A stretch of DNA of 51,330 bases, counting the filler, from Bipalium vagum (Eukaryota), in assembly GCA_037834085.1 (NCBI GenBank). It is 3 parts of 3 records of this genome, joined end to end, with 100 filler letters (N's around TTAATTAATTAA, not from the genome) between each part and the next. Parts side by side here need not be neighbours in the genome. Positions count along the whole stretch, not along the records: positions 35,553 to 51,330 come from JBBMKC010146352.1; 2 more parts are not named here. The stretch is one strand, 5' to 3'. The stretch's first letter is position 1. Each line of letters opens with the position of its first letter. The notes under the pieces are model-generated. The model saw only the letters and a list, made by a program, of their open reading frames with translations, did no database searches and was not told where the DNA came from. Made by a program: the position numbers and the translations under genes. This document shows positions 50,560 to 51,330 of this stretch, in pieces.

Positions 50560-51330
50560 ATCTGAAAGAAGAGACCGAAACATGTTTCAAGATAATATAT
50601 ATAGATAATAATACCACGTCGATTGAAAGGATGGAGAAAAGAATTCTTAGACATAATTTGAACGAGGAAGTTCTCAAGAAAGAACGTCTTCTAAAATGAG
50701 AAAAATAGAAGACACGCCAGAAATTTTGGAAACCTTAAAGCTCTCAGATCACGTAGACAGGGATGTTTAGACGACAAACACCATTAGAAGTTACAGGGTC
50801 GCAGTCATTAACGGAGCACAACGATTAAGGTCAAGGGATGACATACAGGAATGAGTTGGCAGATGATGGGAATGTGGAAGAGAGGATGGGTATAAAAAAG
50901 GTGGAAGACATTCATAAGGATTTTTGAAGAAGAAATCTCCCGATAGGGAACAGAGAGGATGGGATACTGAAGATCAAGGACTGATGACAATCGAAAAATA
51001 CCGACAAGAGGGAATATCATTTGATAAAATACAAGGAAGGCCAAGTGTGACATTGACAAAACAAGATAAAAATATTGAATGTCTGCTAGACACCGAAGTG
51101 AAAGTAAATATGAGAACATTGGAAGAACTGAGAGGTATAAATCTAGTTAGATGTAATGAAAATGTACGGTGTTCGAATGATAGTGAAATGAAGCTGAGAG
51201 GAACGATAGAAATAGAAGTACGATTGGGGAATATTAGCAGAATGATAAATTTCATAGTTGTAGATAAAATAACGCCGAATATCATTGGAGGCATAGAGCT
51301 GCAGAAAAAATTTGGATTCGAGCTGATCCG
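50560..51330 (+). mobile_element. Decayed Ty3/Gypsy gag-protease region, runs off the window
   Basis: *WECGR zinc-knuckle relic; GRPSVTL..ECLLDTEVKVN..FIVV..IIGGIELQKKFGF (DTG motif changed to DTE). Confidence 0.8.

Noticed and set aside
50474-51294. Minus-strand hydrophobic ORFs
   Set aside because: Antisense shadows of the purine-rich Gypsy relic

Overview
AT-rich animal genomic DNA with spliceosomal introns that are either minimal (~47-62 bp) or inflated by transposons; the taxon cannot be determined. The window is three segments joined by two artificial 100-bp N/TTAATTAATTAA linkers (19670-19769, 35453-35552), so adjacency across them is not biological. Segment 1 holds a complete 9-exon major vault protein gene (847 aa) with a mariner in intron 5, Polinton, Tc1 and Penelope relics, a 2-exon gene missed by the ORF track that encodes an 80-aa secreted 8-Cys peptide, a Utopia/NeSL-like retrotransposon 3' half, and the last exon of a tektin. 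Segment 2 holds two diverged LTR-like modules sharing a covarying RNA structure, and a multi-exon Raw-like (NDT/TIR-fold + EF-hand) gene whose introns carry TE debris and an 18S rRNA fragment. Segment 3 holds a cecropia-type mariner, an ankyrin-RING gene with one-repeat-per-exon duplications, an intronless secreted protein, a decayed Polinton/Maverick and a Gypsy gag-protease relic. All exon boundaries and family calls were made by eye, without database searches.
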